From: an uncultured delta proteobacterium
GTDB taxonomy: Bacteria; Desulfobacterota; Binatia; UBA9968
Assembly: GCA_963737905.1 (NCBI GenBank)
Contig: CAVTUQ010000004.1
Location: 96,001-160,000 of the forward strand
Reading direction: 5' to 3'
DNA length: 64,000 bases
Shown: piece after piece, positions 39,426 through 50,887 of the stretch
How the letters are laid out: each line of letters begins with the position of its first letter
Position numbering within the stretch: position 1 is the first letter of the stretch
Translations under genes and position numbers: made by a program
The notes under the pieces: model-generated
Databases searched by the model: none
What the model was told of the DNA's origin: nothing
What the model saw: the letters and a program-made list of their open reading frames with translations, nothing else

Positions 39426-40421
39426 TCACCGCTTCCCGTAGAGCTTCTCGATGAAGCCGCTCGTTTTCAGCTCGTCCACGAAGCGCAGATCGACGAAATC
39501 CTCCGGCTTCGCCTTCGCGGCCTTGGGATCGAGAGTGGCCTGGATCTCCAGGGTGGTCTTTAGCCCCTCTAGGGTGGGATAAGTGTCATCAACCAGCAGC
39601 TCCTTATTAGAGTCGTAGACCTGCTCGAAGAAAGTGCGACTCGGCCCGCGCGAATATTTCTGCATGATCTTCACGACCGGTTCTTTGTTGTTTTTGTAGT
39701 AGTGGACCGCTTCGGCCATAGCCTGGACCAGGCGCTGAACCAAGTCGGGATTTTCACGAATCATCTGCCTCGTGGTTACCGTACAGTTAAACTGAAACGG
39801 AATATTGAGCTTGGCCATGTCGATAATCACCTTCATGCCGAGCTTTTCTCCTCGAATCTTTTCTGCATCGGTCCCTACCGTGAAGTCAAGCTGTCCGCTT
39901 GCCACGGCCGCCACGCGGGCCGGGGCGCCGCCGACGGTGACTCCCTTGATATCTTTGAGCGATAAACCGACTCCTTTGAGGGCCAACCGCAGAGCGAAGT
40001 CCGCCGCTGTCCCCGGAATATGCATGGCTGCGGATCGTCCTTTGAGATCTTCCGGAGACTTAATCTCAGACTTGCCAAAGACGTAATAAGGCAAGGTGTT
40101 GGTCAGGCTGTTGATGATGGCGATGTCCCCGCCCGCCAGTTTGCCGTTGATGACTGAGGTCCCGACGGCGCTCGTAAAAGGAACACCCCCCGATATGAGA
40201 GTCTGGATGCCACGGGTGCTGCCGTCGATGAAAATCAAATCGAAATCCAGACCGTGCTTTTTAAAAAATCCTGCATCCTTGGTCACCCAGTACGCGGAAG
40301 CCGCGGCGGGCGAATCCGAAATATAGGCGACGTAGCTCGTCGCTTCGGCACTTCCCGTGAGTCCTCCAACCAAAGCGAAGAAGCAAAATACGATTGCGAC
40401 GCGACAGTTATACCGTGTCAT
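39426..40421 (-). CDS. NitT/TauT-type ABC substrate-binding protein
   Basis: GFFKKHGLD, IKSPEDLKG, KPEDFVDLRFVDELKTSGFIEKLY. Confidence 0.85.
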   Translation of the reverse strand: MTRYNCRVAIVFCFFALVGGLTGSAEATSYVAYISDSPAAASAYWVTKDAGFFKKHGLDFDLIFIDGSTRGIQTLISGGVPFTSAVGTSVINGKLAGGDIAIINSLTNTLPYYVFGKSEIKSPEDLKGRSAAMHIPGTAADFALRLALKGVGLSLKDIKGVTVGGAPARVAAVASGQLDFTVGTDAEKIRGEKLGMKVIIDMAKLNIPFQFNCTVTTRQMIRENPDLVQRLVQAMAEAVHYYKNNKEPVVKIMQKYSRGPSRTFFEQVYDSNKELLVDDTYPTLEGLKTTLEIQATLDPKAAKAKPEDFVDLRFVDELKTSGFIEKLYGKR

Positions 40422-40651
40422 AAACCCTCCTTACTTTCGCTTTAGAAAACGTGCCGAATCTAGTCCTATTGCCAGGGAATTACAATCCATCTGCGGGGCC
40501 CAGCGATCGCTCCTATTTAAGATTGCGCCGTATACACTGGTCCCAGGTTGATTAAAGGTAAAGCTCGATATACCGGGCCCTACAATAGACGAAGTAGTGC
40601 GGTTTTTAGAGGATAGACTTTCGCAAATCGCTTCTTTACCAAGAATGATTG

Positions 40652-41647
40652 CTAACTTTGTGACTTTCCAAAATAAGCGGCGCCCTGAAGCGCGGCCTGG
40701 TCGTTCAAAATAACTTGCACCGGCATGTCCGAAAGAAGCTCCTGGTAACGACCCTTGTCGAGGAAAGTGCGCATGAAGGTGCCATCTTCGAGCTTGGCGA
40801 GAATTTTCGGCGCGATGCCACCGCCGATATAAACACCGCCAGTGGCCTTGCCCCGCAGGGCTAGATTTCCCGCTTCGGCGCCGTAAACCGACACAAACAG
40901 ATCAAGCGCTTGCACGCAGATAGCGCTGCTCCCGGCCAAGCCCTCATGGGAAATAACAACGCTCATGTCCTCCGCCGCGGATATTTTCTGTTTCAGCCAG
41001 TCGGGCTCCTCGAGCCGACCGCTATCTCGAAGGAAATCGTAAATATGCGCGATTCCCGGTCCGGAAACCACCCGCTCATAACTCACATGACGGAATTTTT
41101 TGATCAGATGCCGGAGCAGCTCGATTTGAGTCTCATCGGTGGGGGCAAAATCACCGTGGCCGCCTTCCGAAGCAGACGGATGATAATCGCTGCCATCGTC
41201 GAACAGCATCGCCTCGCCCAAACCAGTGCCGGCAGCAATCAAGACTTTGTTTCCCCGTTGCCCACTCACCCCTTGGTTGAGAGTGTAGAGTTCCTGAGAC
41301 TCTAGAGTGAAAATGCCGTAGGCCGCGGCCTCCAAATCATTGAGCAAAGCTACGGAATCCAGTTTTAACCGCTCTGCAATATTAGCGGAATCCACCACCC
41401 ATGGAAGGTTGGGGGTTTTGACTTGGCCGCCCACCACGGGACCCGCAATACCGAAACAAGCGCGGCCGATGGAAACCCGCTGATCGGCGAGAAATTCTTC
41501 TACGACAGGTTCGAGCCCGGGATATTGCTTGCTGGGAAATGTTTTCTTGACTTCAGATTGAAGCTTCTCTCCCTGGACCGAAAAAAGCGCAAGGTGGGTC
41601 TTGGTCCCACCGATGTCCCCGGCGAGAATGAGCTTGTTGCCAGCCAC
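40652..41647 (-). CDS. glk: Glucokinase
   Basis: LAGDIGGTKT, LLNDLEA, SEGGH, YERVVSGPG, GGGIAPK. Confidence 0.93.
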   Translation of the reverse strand: MAGNKLILAGDIGGTKTHLALFSVQGEKLQSEVKKTFPSKQYPGLEPVVEEFLADQRVSIGRACFGIAGPVVGGQVKTPNLPWVVDSANIAERLKLDSVALLNDLEAAAYGIFTLESQELYTLNQGVSGQRGNKVLIAAGTGLGEAMLFDDGSDYHPSASEGGHGDFAPTDETQIELLRHLIKKFRHVSYERVVSGPGIAHIYDFLRDSGRLEEPDWLKQKISAAEDMSVVISHEGLAGSSAICVQALDLFVSVYGAEAGNLALRGKATGGVYIGGGIAPKILAKLEDGTFMRTFLDKGRYQELLSDMPVQVILNDQAALQGAAYFGKSQS

Positions 41648-41685
41648 GGTTTTCTAATCTTTGCTACAGTTTCAAGTGGTACGAC

Positions 41686-43233
41686 TCACGGGTGACGCCA
41701 GCGCCGCCCGTCGCGCTGCAGAAACTCATCGGCCTCTTTCGGCCCCCAGGAACCGGCTTCGTAGTTGGGAAAATTCGTCGGCTTCGTCCCATCCCAAGTC
41801 TTGATGATTGGATCCACCAGCGCCCAGGCTTCCTCCACCCAATCGTGGCGGGTATAAAGCGTAGAGTCACCCTCGATGCAATCCTCCAGTAAAGTTTCGT
41901 AAGCTTCTGGTGAACTGTTGCCGAAGGCCTGCTCATAATCGAAATCGAGACTAAGCGGACTGACACAGATATCCGGTCCGGGGGGCTTGACTTCGAATGT
42001 CAACGATACGCCTTCGTCGGGTTGAATCCGCATCACTAGCACATTGGGGCTGACGTCATCCACCGCCGCGCAGGAGCGGAACAATAGCAGCGGAGGCCGC
42101 TTGAATTGGATCGCAATCTCGGTCACCCGCTTGGCCAAGCGCTTGCCCGAGCGCAGGTAGAAGGGGACACCCTCCCAGCGCCAGTTGTCGACGAAAAATT
42201 TGATCGCCGCGTAGGTTGGAGTCGGCGAATCTTTGGCAACGTCCGGCTCTTCCCGATAGCCGACGCACCTCTTTGCCGCCGATCCTGCCGCTGCCGTACT
42301 GCCCCCTCACTGCAAATTCCGCCACTGTATCCGGAGTCACGGGGCGAACGGACCGAAGTAGCTTCCCTTTCTCGTCGCGGGTCGCTTCGGCGCCAAAGGC
42401 CACCGGCGGCTCCATGGCCGTAAGGCAAAGCAATTGCAGCAGGTGGTTTTGAAACATGTCCCGCACAACGCCGGACTTGTCATAGTAACCGCCCCGATTT
42501 TCCACTCCCACGGTTTCTGCCGCGGTAATCTGGACGTGATCGACGTAGCGCCGGTTCCAGATCGGCTCAAAGACGGCATTGGCGAAACGGAAAACCATGA
42601 TATTCTGCACCGTCTCTTTGCCGAGATAATGATCGATTCGGTAGATCTGTTTTTCATCGAGTACTTCATGCACTCTGCGGTTCAGTTCCCTCGCCGTCTC
42701 GAGGTCGGTACCGAAGGGCTTTTCGATGATCACTCGGGTACGCGGCTCACCATCGCTTTCCCGTGATGTCAATCCGACCGACGCAATTTGCTGGACGACC
42801 GAGCCGTACAGCTCAGGCGGCGTCGCCAGGTAGAAAACCCGACCGGTTGAACGCGGCTGCCGCGGTCGAACCCATCGATAAATTCCTTGAGCCTCTGGTA
42901 ACCCTCCAGACCATCGTAGCTTCCGGCCACATAATAGAGATTGGCCGCGAACTGCTGCCAAACCGATTCGTCCTTGAGACCGGTCCGAGAGAACTCGCTC
43001 ACCGCCTCGCGCAGTTTTTTTCGAAATTCTTCGTGGCTCATTTCGCTGCGGGCGTAGCCGACGACGGCAAAGCGCTCCGGCAAGCGTTTTTCAAGAGCAA
43101 GGTTGTACAGAGCCGGGATCAACTTCCGTTTGGTGAGGTCGCCGGAGGCGCCGAAGATAGTCAAGACACAGCCCTGGGGCCGCTTGCCTTGGCGTAAATC
43201 CGTCGTCGTATAGGCGTGAGGATCGATGGACAT
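41686..43233 (-). CDS. zwf: Glucose-6-phosphate dehydrogenase, two frameshifts
   Basis: [28 protein letters not shown] spread over three frames. Confidence 0.9.
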
Positions 43234-43303
43234 AATTTCTTCTTTCCCTGGGGCCGCATTGCCTCCGCTAGCAATTTTAGCGCGTTTTCAGTGCCTCCCA
43301 GAT

Positions 43304-44431
43304 TCAAGCTTTCCGAGTCGGATCGGCGCCGATCATCGCGTTGCGCTTTTTTTCCAGTGCGCCGAGTAGCTGATCGAAAGACGCGGCAAAAGCGGTGACA
43401 CCGTCCTGCTGAAGCTTCTCGGTAATTGTGTCTAGATTGATGCCCAAAGCTTTCAATCGTCTCAGAACCGCCGCCGCGTCATCGAGACTGTCCCTCACGG
43501 TCTCTCCCGGCACCTGGCCATGATCTTTGAAAGCGTTGAGCGTCTCCGGCGGCAGTGTATTGACCGTGTCCGCGCCGATGAGGTGTTCAACGTAAAGAAC
43601 ATCTGAATAGGCGGGGTTCTTGGTGCCTGTGCTGGCCCACAGCGGTCTTTGAACGCGAGTGCCTCGCTGGCGCAGCGCGACAAACCCCTCGCCATGAAAA
43701 ATCTGGAGGAAACGCTGGTAAACCATCTTGGAATTAGCGATGGCGATCTTGCCGAGCAGGGTCTTTGCCTGCGCCTGTGCCGTTGCGAGACTCTCGAGGG
43801 CCCGATCCACCATGGTGTCCACCCGACTGACGAAGAAAGAAGCGACCGAAGCGACCTTCGATGGGTCTACGCAGCGCTCGAGGCCGCGAATGTACGCCCG
43901 CGCCACCGCTTCGTAATGACTCATGGAGAACATCAAAGTGATGTTGACATTTACGCCCTCGGCGATGAGCTCTTCGATGGCCGGAATTCCCTCGGGAGTC
44001 GCCGGGACTTTAATCATGACGTTGGGCCGGTCCACCGCAGCGCGCAAACGTTTGGCCTCGTTGATGGTGGCCTGGGTGTCATGGGCAAGATGCGGCGAGA
44101 CCTCGAAACTAACGTAACCGTCGGCGCCGCCGGTCTCGTCATAAACCGCGCGAAGAACATCCGCTGTCATCTGAATGTCCTCGATGGCAAGTCGTTCGTA
44201 GAGGTTCCCCACTTCCGCCTTTGGGTGCTTTGCCAGCAGCGCGCGCAGCGCGTCGTCGTAATCCGTGCTGCCGGCGATGGCCTTCTCAAAAATGGTTGGA
44301 TTGCTGGTGACGCCGTGAATGCCGTCTTCGTCCACTAGCCGTTTCAACTCGCCGGTGCGAATGAGATCGCGCCGAATATAATCCAGCCAAACGGACTGCC
44401 CTTGTGCGAGTAATTCTTTCAGAGGGTTCAT
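43304..44431 (-). CDS. tal: Transaldolase
   Basis: WLD, GVTSNPTIF, MIKVPAT, LWASTGTKNP. Confidence 0.93.
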   Translation of the reverse strand: MNPLKELLAQGQSVWLDYIRRDLIRTGELKRLVDEDGIHGVTSNPTIFEKAIAGSTDYDDALRALLAKHPKAEVGNLYERLAIEDIQMTADVLRAVYDETGGADGYVSFEVSPHLAHDTQATINEAKRLRAAVDRPNVMIKVPATPEGIPAIEELIAEGVNVNITLMFSMSHYEAVARAYIRGLERCVDPSKVASVASFFVSRVDTMVDRALESLATAQAQAKTLLGKIAIANSKMVYQRFLQIFHGEGFVALRQRGTRVQRPLWASTGTKNPAYSDVLYVEHLIGADTVNTLPPETLNAFKDHGQVPGETVRDSLDDAAAVLRRLKALGINLDTITEKLQQDGVTAFAASFDQLLGALEKKRNAMIGADPTRKA

Positions 44432-44443
44432 GACGTTTCTCCT

Positions 44444-44543
44444 TTACACCGATTTCCCATAGCGCTTCTCCAGCGTTTTAATTTTCGCCACACGACGAAG
44501 ATGGCGCTCTTCCGCCGTGATCCGCACCGACGGCGATGCGCAT
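44444..44543 (-). pseudogene. rpiB: Ribose-5-phosphate isomerase B with a large internal deletion
   Basis: MRIAVGADHGG fused out of frame to TAEERHLRRVAKIKTLEKRYGKSV*. Confidence 0.8.
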
Positions 44544-44545
44544 TT

Positions 44546-46597
44546 CTATTTCCCCAATAGCTTTGCGGCACGTTCCACGACGTGATCCACCGTGAAGCCG
44601 AGCTTTTCCATCACCACATTGCCCGGCGCCGAGGCGCCGAATCGCTCTATTCCAATAACGTCTCCACCGTCGCCGACGTAACGATGCCAGCCTTGCGGCA
44701 GAGCCGCTTCGACCACCAGCCGCGGTCGAATCGACGACGGCAAAACCGATTCGCGATACTCGCGGATCTGCAGATCGAACAGTTCCCAGCTTGGCATGGA
44801 AATCACGCGCGCCTGAATTTTTTGCTCCGCCAACTTTTGCCGCGCAGCTACGACCAGTGCCAATTCCGATCCGGTGCCGATCAAGACGAGATCGGGCTTA
44901 CCACCCGCCGCATCGGCCAAGACGTAGGCGCCCCGCCGGAGCCCCTCTGCCGGCGCGAATTCCTTCCGATCGAGAGTCGGAACGTTCTGTCGGGTCAATG
45001 CCAGCGCCACCGGCCGGTGGCGAGACTCGATGGCGACCTGCCATGCAACGGCCGTCTCATTTGCGTCACCTGGACGAATGACAATCAGCTGGGGGATGGC
45101 GCGGAGCGCCGCCAGTTGCTCGATGGGCTGATGGGTGGGGCCATCTTCACCGACCCCGATGCTATCGTGGGTGAAAACATAGATCACCCCCAGCTCCATC
45201 AGCGCCGCAAGCCGAATCGCCGGCCGCATATAGTCGGAGAACATCAGAAAGGTGGAACCAAAAGGGATGATGCCACCGTGGGCTGCCATCCCGTTGAGCG
45301 ACGCCGCCATGCCGTGCTCACGTACGCCGAAGTGCAGGTTGCGTCCGGCGTAGCTATATCCGCCGCCCGAGGAGCCCTGGCTGTGGGTAAAGTCTCTCTC
45401 AGAACTTTCAAAATCGCCGAGATTTTGCAGTACGGTAAACGTCGACGGATTCAAATCCGCCGAGCCGCCGATCAACGTCGGCAGCTTGGGCGCTATGGCG
45501 TTGAGAATTTTCCCGGACGCGGCGCGGGTGGCCAGTCCCTTGGCGTCGGCAGGGAAATCAGGAATCGCCGCATCCCAACCCTTCGGCAACTCGCCGTGCA
45601 TCACTTCTTCGAATTCTCGGGCCAGGTCAGGAAATTTTTGCGCATAATCAGAGAATCTCCGGTTCCATTCCGCCTCGCATTTTTCTCCCTTGCCGACGGA
45701 CTCGCGAAAACAGTTCAGGGCATCTTGGGGAACCCAAAAAGTCGGTTCCTCCGGCCAACCGAGCTTTTGTTTGGTTCGCTTCACTTCCTCTGCGCCCAGC
45801 GGTGAACCGTGGGCTTCGAAAGTGTCCTGCTTCCCTGGCGATCCGTAGCCGATGTGGGTGCGCACCAGAACCAGCGAGGGCCGCGCGGGTTCATCGCGTG
45901 CCGCTCGCAGCGCCCGGTCAATGGCCTCCACATCGTTTCCGTCTTCCACCTTTTGCGTGTGCCAGCCATAGGACTCGAACCGTTTGGCGCAATCTTCCGT
46001 GAAGGTGAGATCGGTGGAGGCCGCCAGCGAAATGTGGTTGTTGTCGTAGAGATAAATCAATTTGCCGAGCTTCAGATGACCGGCGATGCTGGCGGCTTCG
46101 GCGGCGACGCCTTCCATCAAGTCGCCGTCGCTGACGATCCCGCAGGTAAAGTGATCGACGATCTCGAACCCCGGACGGTTATAGCGGGCGGCCAGATAGG
46201 CCTCAGCGATGGCCATGCCGACCCCGTTGCCAAAGCCTTGACCCAGCGGTCCAGTCGTCGTCTCGACGCCCGGCGTCAACCCGCGCTCGGGGTGGCCGGG
46301 GGTGCGGCTCTCCCATTGGCGAAACCGCTGGATTTGCTCAAGCGGCAGATCGTAGCCCGTAAGATAAAGCATGCTGTAAACGAGCATCGACGCGTGACCC
46401 GCGGAAAGGACAAAGCGATCTCGATCGGGCCATAAGGGGTTGCGCGGGTTATATTTCATGAAGCGGGTCCATAAGACATAAGCCGTCGGCGCCAGTCCCA
46501 TGGGCGCCCCGGGATGGCCTGACTTCGCCTTCTCCACGGCATCCACGGAAAGCATGCGAATGGTATTGATACAGAGCTGATCGAGTGATTCGCTCAT
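44546..46597 (-). CDS. tkt: Transketolase
   Basis: [34 protein letters not shown]. Confidence 0.96.
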   Translation of the reverse strand: MSESLDQLCINTIRMLSVDAVEKAKSGHPGAPMGLAPTAYVLWTRFMKYNPRNPLWPDRDRFVLSAGHASMLVYSMLYLTGYDLPLEQIQRFRQWESRTPGHPERGLTPGVETTTGPLGQGFGNGVGMAIAEAYLAARYNRPGFEIVDHFTCGIVSDGDLMEGVAAEAASIAGHLKLGKLIYLYDNNHISLAASTDLTFTEDCAKRFESYGWHTQKVEDGNDVEAIDRALRAARDEPARPSLVLVRTHIGYGSPGKQDTFEAHGSPLGAEEVKRTKQKLGWPEEPTFWVPQDALNCFRESVGKGEKCEAEWNRRFSDYAQKFPDLAREFEEVMHGELPKGWDAAIPDFPADAKGLATRAASGKILNAIAPKLPTLIGGSADLNPSTFTVLQNLGDFESSERDFTHSQGSSGGGYSYAGRNLHFGVREHGMAASLNGMAAHGGIIPFGSTFLMFSDYMRPAIRLAALMELGVIYVFTHDSIGVGEDGPTHQPIEQLAALRAIPQLIVIRPGDANETAVAWQVAIESRHRPVALALTRQNVPTLDRKEFAPAEGLRRGAYVLADAAGGKPDLVLIGTGSELALVVAARQKLAEQKIQARVISMPSWELFDLQIREYRESVLPSSIRPRLVVEAALPQGWHRYVGDGGDVIGIERFGASAPGNVVMEKLGFTVDHVVERAAKLLGK

Positions 46598-46678
46598 AGA
46601 GATATTAGCTCCCTTTTTAGCCGCGGCTCATAATCGCCACCTGATGGCTCGGCTCTCGAAGCCCGGGCCGACCCGCGA

Positions 46679-48496
46679 TCAACTTCCCCTGGCCAAAACG
46701 CGGTCGAGATTGAAGGCCGCACTGATAAGACCTAAGTGGGTGAAGGCCTGCGGAAAATTACCCAACGTTTCGCCGCAGTGACCGATCTCTTCGGCGTAAA
46801 GTCCCACATGATTAGCATAACCAAGCATCTTGTCGAACATCAAGCGCGCCTCTTCGATTCGGCCGGCCCGCGTCAATGCTTCGACCAACCAGAAGCTGCA
46901 GATGCTGAAAGCGCCTTCAAACCCGCTGATGCCGTCTACCGGGTCATCATCGCTGAGCGAGTAGCGATGCACGAGGCTATCCATCGCCAAGCGATCCTGG
47001 ATCCGGTCCAAGGTCCGGATCATGCGCGGGTCGCTGGGCGAGACGAAAAAAACCAGCGGCATCAGCAGCAGGCTCGCATCCATCCGATCGGAGCCGTAGT
47101 ACTGCACGAAAGAATTGCAGCTCTGGTTCCACCCCTGTTCCATGATTTCGCAGTAGATCTGGTCCCGATTCTTTAACCAGCGCTCTTGATCGGCCGGAAA
47201 ACTTCGCTTGGCGGCGAGCCGCAGCCCGCGGTCGAGTGCCACCCAGCACATCAGCTTCGAGTAAACGAAATGACGCGGTTCGCCTCTTATTTCCCAGATC
47301 CCTTCATCCGGCCGGCGCCAGTTGTTGCAAACGTAATCGAGCAGTCGCTCGAGATTACGCCATAAATCATAGGCGATGGGCGCGCCATATTTATTATAGA
47401 GGTATACCGAATCCAGCAGCGCCCCATAGATGTCCAGTTGCGACTGCCGGTAAGCTCCATTGCCGACACGCACCGGCTTTGAGTTTTTGTAACCTTTCAA
47501 GTGGGGCAGACTCTCCTCGGTGAGTTGGGAATGGCCGTCAATAGCATACATCGGCTGCAAAGAACCATCCGGATTAAGCTGCCGGCATCTCTCTTCCAGC
47601 CAATCCATGAAATGGCCCGCCTCCTCATGAAAACCGAGTCTCATAAGGGCGTATACAGTAAAACTCGCATCTCGCATCCAGCAAAAGCGATAATCCCAGT
47701 TGCGAACGCCGCCCACCCCCTCGGGTAAACTGGTCGTGGGGGCCGCGACAATAGCGCCGGTGGGCGCATAGGTGAGCAGCTTCAGGACGAGGGCGGAGCG
47801 ATGCACCATCTCCCGCCAGCGCCCGGTATATCGGCTCTGAGACAGCCAGCGCTTCCAGAAATCAATGGTCTCGCGAAAGGCGGTCTCCCCGGTTTTCTCG
47901 GGAATCAGCAGATTGGCCTCGCTTCCCCGATCGGCTTGACGGAGAAAAAATGTTGCCGTGTTGCCGCGGGGAAGAGAAAACTCCGCAACCACGCCCGTGC
48001 CTTCGATGGTGAGCGGCACCGGCGAGGCCAATCCGACGGACGCGGAAGGGCTGACAAATGTGGCACCTTGAGGAAACGGATGAATCTCGTGCTTATCGCG
48101 GGCATAATTGAAAGCCGGAAAGCATTCCAAGCGAAAACGCACGTGCCCTGCTACCGTGCTGACCCGCCGAATGATCTGATGATAGTTCGGTGGAGCGTAG
48201 ACGAGGCTGCGTCCCTCGATGGGCATGAAATCGATGAGTTCGGCAATCCCCTCGGCACAATAGAACCGGGTAATGAGAACGTTCGTATCCGGCAAGTAAA
48301 GCTGCTTGCAGCGCTCCGGGGATACCGCAGTGATTTTGAAATATCCGCCCTTTTCATCGTCCAGGATGGTGGCAAAGACGCTGGGTGAATCAAAGTGCGG
48401 CAGACAGCACCAATCGATGGAGCCATCGAGACCCACCAGCGCCACGGTATGGAGATCACCGATGACGCCGTAGTCTTCAATAGCCTTATAAGCCAC
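46679..48496 (-). CDS. GH15 glucoamylase/trehalase-like protein
   Basis: [35 protein letters not shown]. Confidence 0.92.
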   Translation of the reverse strand: MAYKAIEDYGVIGDLHTVALVGLDGSIDWCCLPHFDSPSVFATILDDEKGGYFKITAVSPERCKQLYLPDTNVLITRFYCAEGIAELIDFMPIEGRSLVYAPPNYHQIIRRVSTVAGHVRFRLECFPAFNYARDKHEIHPFPQGATFVSPSASVGLASPVPLTIEGTGVVAEFSLPRGNTATFFLRQADRGSEANLLIPEKTGETAFRETIDFWKRWLSQSRYTGRWREMVHRSALVLKLLTYAPTGAIVAAPTTSLPEGVGGVRNWDYRFCWMRDASFTVYALMRLGFHEEAGHFMDWLEERCRQLNPDGSLQPMYAIDGHSQLTEESLPHLKGYKNSKPVRVGNGAYRQSQLDIYGALLDSVYLYNKYGAPIAYDLWRNLERLLDYVCNNWRRPDEGIWEIRGEPRHFVYSKLMCWVALDRGLRLAAKRSFPADQERWLKNRDQIYCEIMEQGWNQSCNSFVQYYGSDRMDASLLLMPLVFFVSPSDPRMIRTLDRIQDRLAMDSLVHRYSLSDDDPVDGISGFEGAFSICSFWLVEALTRAGRIEEARLMFDKMLGYANHVGLYAEEIGHCGETLGNFPQAFTHLGLISAAFNLDRVLARGS

Positions 48497-48614
48497 TTCT
48501 ATTCTCTCTTACCAGATCAAACACACTGCCATAACTGGTGGGGCGATGGGGAGCTTTTAATTTAATGTTAACACAATTAAGGCGGGCTGCCAGTCGCGGG
48601 AGCAAAATTCCAGC

Positions 48615-49316
48615 TCAGTCTACGACACCGGGCATTTTTTTCAGTCCCAAGCGTTGCATCATTAGCAGAGTATTTGGCATTGCCTTCTTAAGTGCAGTGT
48701 CCGCAACAGAATCCAGGTAAGTCAAATCATCCGGCGTATCGATATCGAACCAGGGGGCAAGAAGATGATAGTCAATTTTCAAGGAGGCGAGCTTGTTCTG
48801 GGTATCCGTTAAAACTTTACTGTGGCTCCAGCTCATCCCCTCGAAAATTTGCGGCGTCGGGTGGTTGCAACCCACTAGATAGTAACCGCCGTCGCGGCTC
48901 GGTCCCAGCACAACGCGGTTCTCTGATGCTTCCAGAAAGGCGTAAGCCTCACCAAAAAAGTTGAGCGGAACGGGTGGCAAATCACCGCCAATGAGTACAA
49001 TGTTCTTGTGGCCCATCCGAGACAGTCTTTCGAAAACCGCAGCCATACGGGCACCGAGGTCGTCGCCTTGCTGCGGAAACAGGCGAAAGCGAGCCGGCGC
49101 GAGTTGCGCCATCAAGAGCTGCGTGTCGTCGGGCGCAAAGGCGAGATAAAAATCGGCCGTGTCCAATTTTTGAAGGTGATTTAACTGATCGACGAGGAGA
49201 GAGCGGGAGAATTCCATCGCTTCTTCAGCAGTGAAAGTCGGCTGCAAACGGGTCTTGACCTGACCGGCTAGAGGAGCCTTGGCCAATACCACAAGGGCGT
49301 TAGCGCGTATCGCCAT
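48615..49316 (-). CDS. TIGR04282/DUF2064-like transferase
   Basis: AKAP..GQVKTRL, QQGDDLGARM, LGPSRDGGYYL, DIDTPDD. Confidence 0.88.
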   Translation of the reverse strand: MAIRANALVVLAKAPLAGQVKTRLQPTFTAEEAMEFSRSLLVDQLNHLQKLDTADFYLAFAPDDTQLLMAQLAPARFRLFPQQGDDLGARMAAVFERLSRMGHKNIVLIGGDLPPVPLNFFGEAYAFLEASENRVVLGPSRDGGYYLVGCNHPTPQIFEGMSWSHSKVLTDTQNKLASLKIDYHLLAPWFDIDTPDDLTYLDSVADTALKKAMPNTLLMMQRLGLKKMPGVVD

Positions 49317-49977
49317 AGTATCGTGTTAGACGAATCGGAGAAATGCCGGCGAGATAAAGCGACTTGAGCAGCCACATCTTCAATAACGTGCGCCATACCC
49401 CCTCTTTCTCCCAGCGCCGCGCCGAAGTAACTACGCGGCTCCGCAGACAGGCGACCGCGCCTCTGCGTTTGAGCGCCCGCGAGAAGGCGATGTCTTCCAT
49501 TAGAGGAATGTCAGGGTAGCCGCCCAGTTCTGCAAAAACCTCGCGTCGCACAAAGATCGCCTGGTCGCCGGTGGCGACTTTCGAAATCCGCGAGCGCAAG
49601 CTGATCATGAAGCCAATCAGTTTGAGCATGGGTCGCACAGCGTCTAGTTGAAGATCGAAACGACCACCGACAACCCTCTGATCCTCCAACGCCGAACGAA
49701 TATCGTCGAAAGCGGACGGCGGAAGCCGGGTGTCCGCATGAAGAAATAGCAGCACGTCGCCGGTCCCGCGTTGCGCGCCGAAGTTCATCTGTCGCGCCCG
49801 CGCCTTTGGCGTCGCGTAAAGTTCCACGCCGAATTTCCGGCAAACTTCCCGGGTGCCATCGCTGCTCCCGCCGTCAACCACAATCAGCTCGTCAGGCTTT
49901 AGCCGCTCAAGCCCCCGCAACGTCGCAGCGATGCTCTTCACTTCATTGAATACAGGAATAATGACGCTAATCCGCAT
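49300..49977 (-). CDS. TIGR04283-like GT2 glycosyltransferase
   Basis: VVDGGS.D, RARQMN.GA, FLHADT, TGDQAIF, TSARRW. Confidence 0.9.
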   Translation of the reverse strand: MRISVIIPVFNEVKSIAATLRGLERLKPDELIVVDGGSSDGTREVCRKFGVELYATPKARARQMNFGAQRGTGDVLLFLHADTRLPPSAFDDIRSALEDQRVVGGRFDLQLDAVRPMLKLIGFMISLRSRISKVATGDQAIFVRREVFAELGGYPDIPLMEDIAFSRALKRRGAVACLRSRVVTSARRWEKEGVWRTLLKMWLLKSLYLAGISPIRLTRYYGDTR

Positions 49978-49998
49978 GGATTGCCTTGCGCAAGCCCA

Positions 49999-50853
49999 TT
50001 AGGGTTGCGGCTTAGGCTCCGCGTCGTTCAGGCGCCAATCGTAGTCGTGTTCCAGGCCGCCGCTGTAATTTTGCAAAGCATCCGCCAGCCCCTTGTTGGC
50101 ATATTTCGCCCAATGCTCCATCAATCCTTCGGCGCTGCCGCCAAAATCTTCTTGAAACCAAATATAGATGCTCGACACCTTGAGTTTGCCGCTTTGCAGC
50201 GAAACACCGCGGGGGTGATTGATGTATTCCCCGGCGCCTCGCTCCAGCAAGGAATCGGTATTTTCTGCCGTAAAAGCCACCGGCTGCAAGTTCGGGCAAC
50301 CTAAGCTAGCGCAATTGACCGCGTAATGAATCCGATGGTCTTTCCAGATCGGTCTAAGAATACGGTGCTCGATGTCATCCAACGCCAGTTTTTCACCTTC
50401 CACAGTCATCAGTTTGGCACCCCATGGACCGCTCGAAAACAAGCCAGGCGAGATGTTGATGTCGCGAATCGATTTTACCGGAAAGCGGGTCAGAATGAGC
50501 TCCACCGTCTTGGCGTTGTAGAGATTGATCCAATAGGCTCTTTGCTCCGCCCGACTATAGCCGGTGACGGCAACCCTCTCCAGACTCTTGACGTAATTGG
50601 CCAGTGCTGTGCGATCTTCCGGCGCCACCCTGGCATAATCGACCCGGTTGATCCCTGAAGGGTGAGGCGCCACGATATATTTTTTCAGGAACGCGTCCCA
50701 AGCGCTATGATCGACTTTTTGATTGTTCGCCGGATCACTCTTGTCCCAGCGCGGCCAGAGATCGGCCTTCGATGCAGCGCCGGCTAGTTGCGCAACGAGC
50801 AACAGTGCAGGGCTCACAACGGTCAAAAACGGCCATCGACAAAAGTGTTTCAT
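49999..50853 (-). CDS. DUF547 family exported protein
   Basis: AYWINLYNA, DIEH.ILR, RIHYAVNCASLGCP, YDWRLN. Confidence 0.9.
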   Translation of the reverse strand: MKHFCRWPFLTVVSPALLLVAQLAGAASKADLWPRWDKSDPANNQKVDHSAWDAFLKKYIVAPHPSGINRVDYARVAPEDRTALANYVKSLERVAVTGYSRAEQRAYWINLYNAKTVELILTRFPVKSIRDINISPGLFSSGPWGAKLMTVEGEKLALDDIEHRILRPIWKDHRIHYAVNCASLGCPNLQPVAFTAENTDSLLERGAGEYINHPRGVSLQSGKLKVSSIYIWFQEDFGGSAEGLMEHWAKYANKGLADALQNYSGGLEHDYDWRLNDAEPKPQP

Positions 50854-50887
50854 GTTGTCTCTGAGACACTCCCATTAGGAAATGTTT

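Noticed and set aside
15075-45805. Long antisense ORFs (e.g. 15075-15944, 24301-25194, 44582-45805)
   Set aside because: Shadows of GC-rich coding genes with no recognisable motifs.
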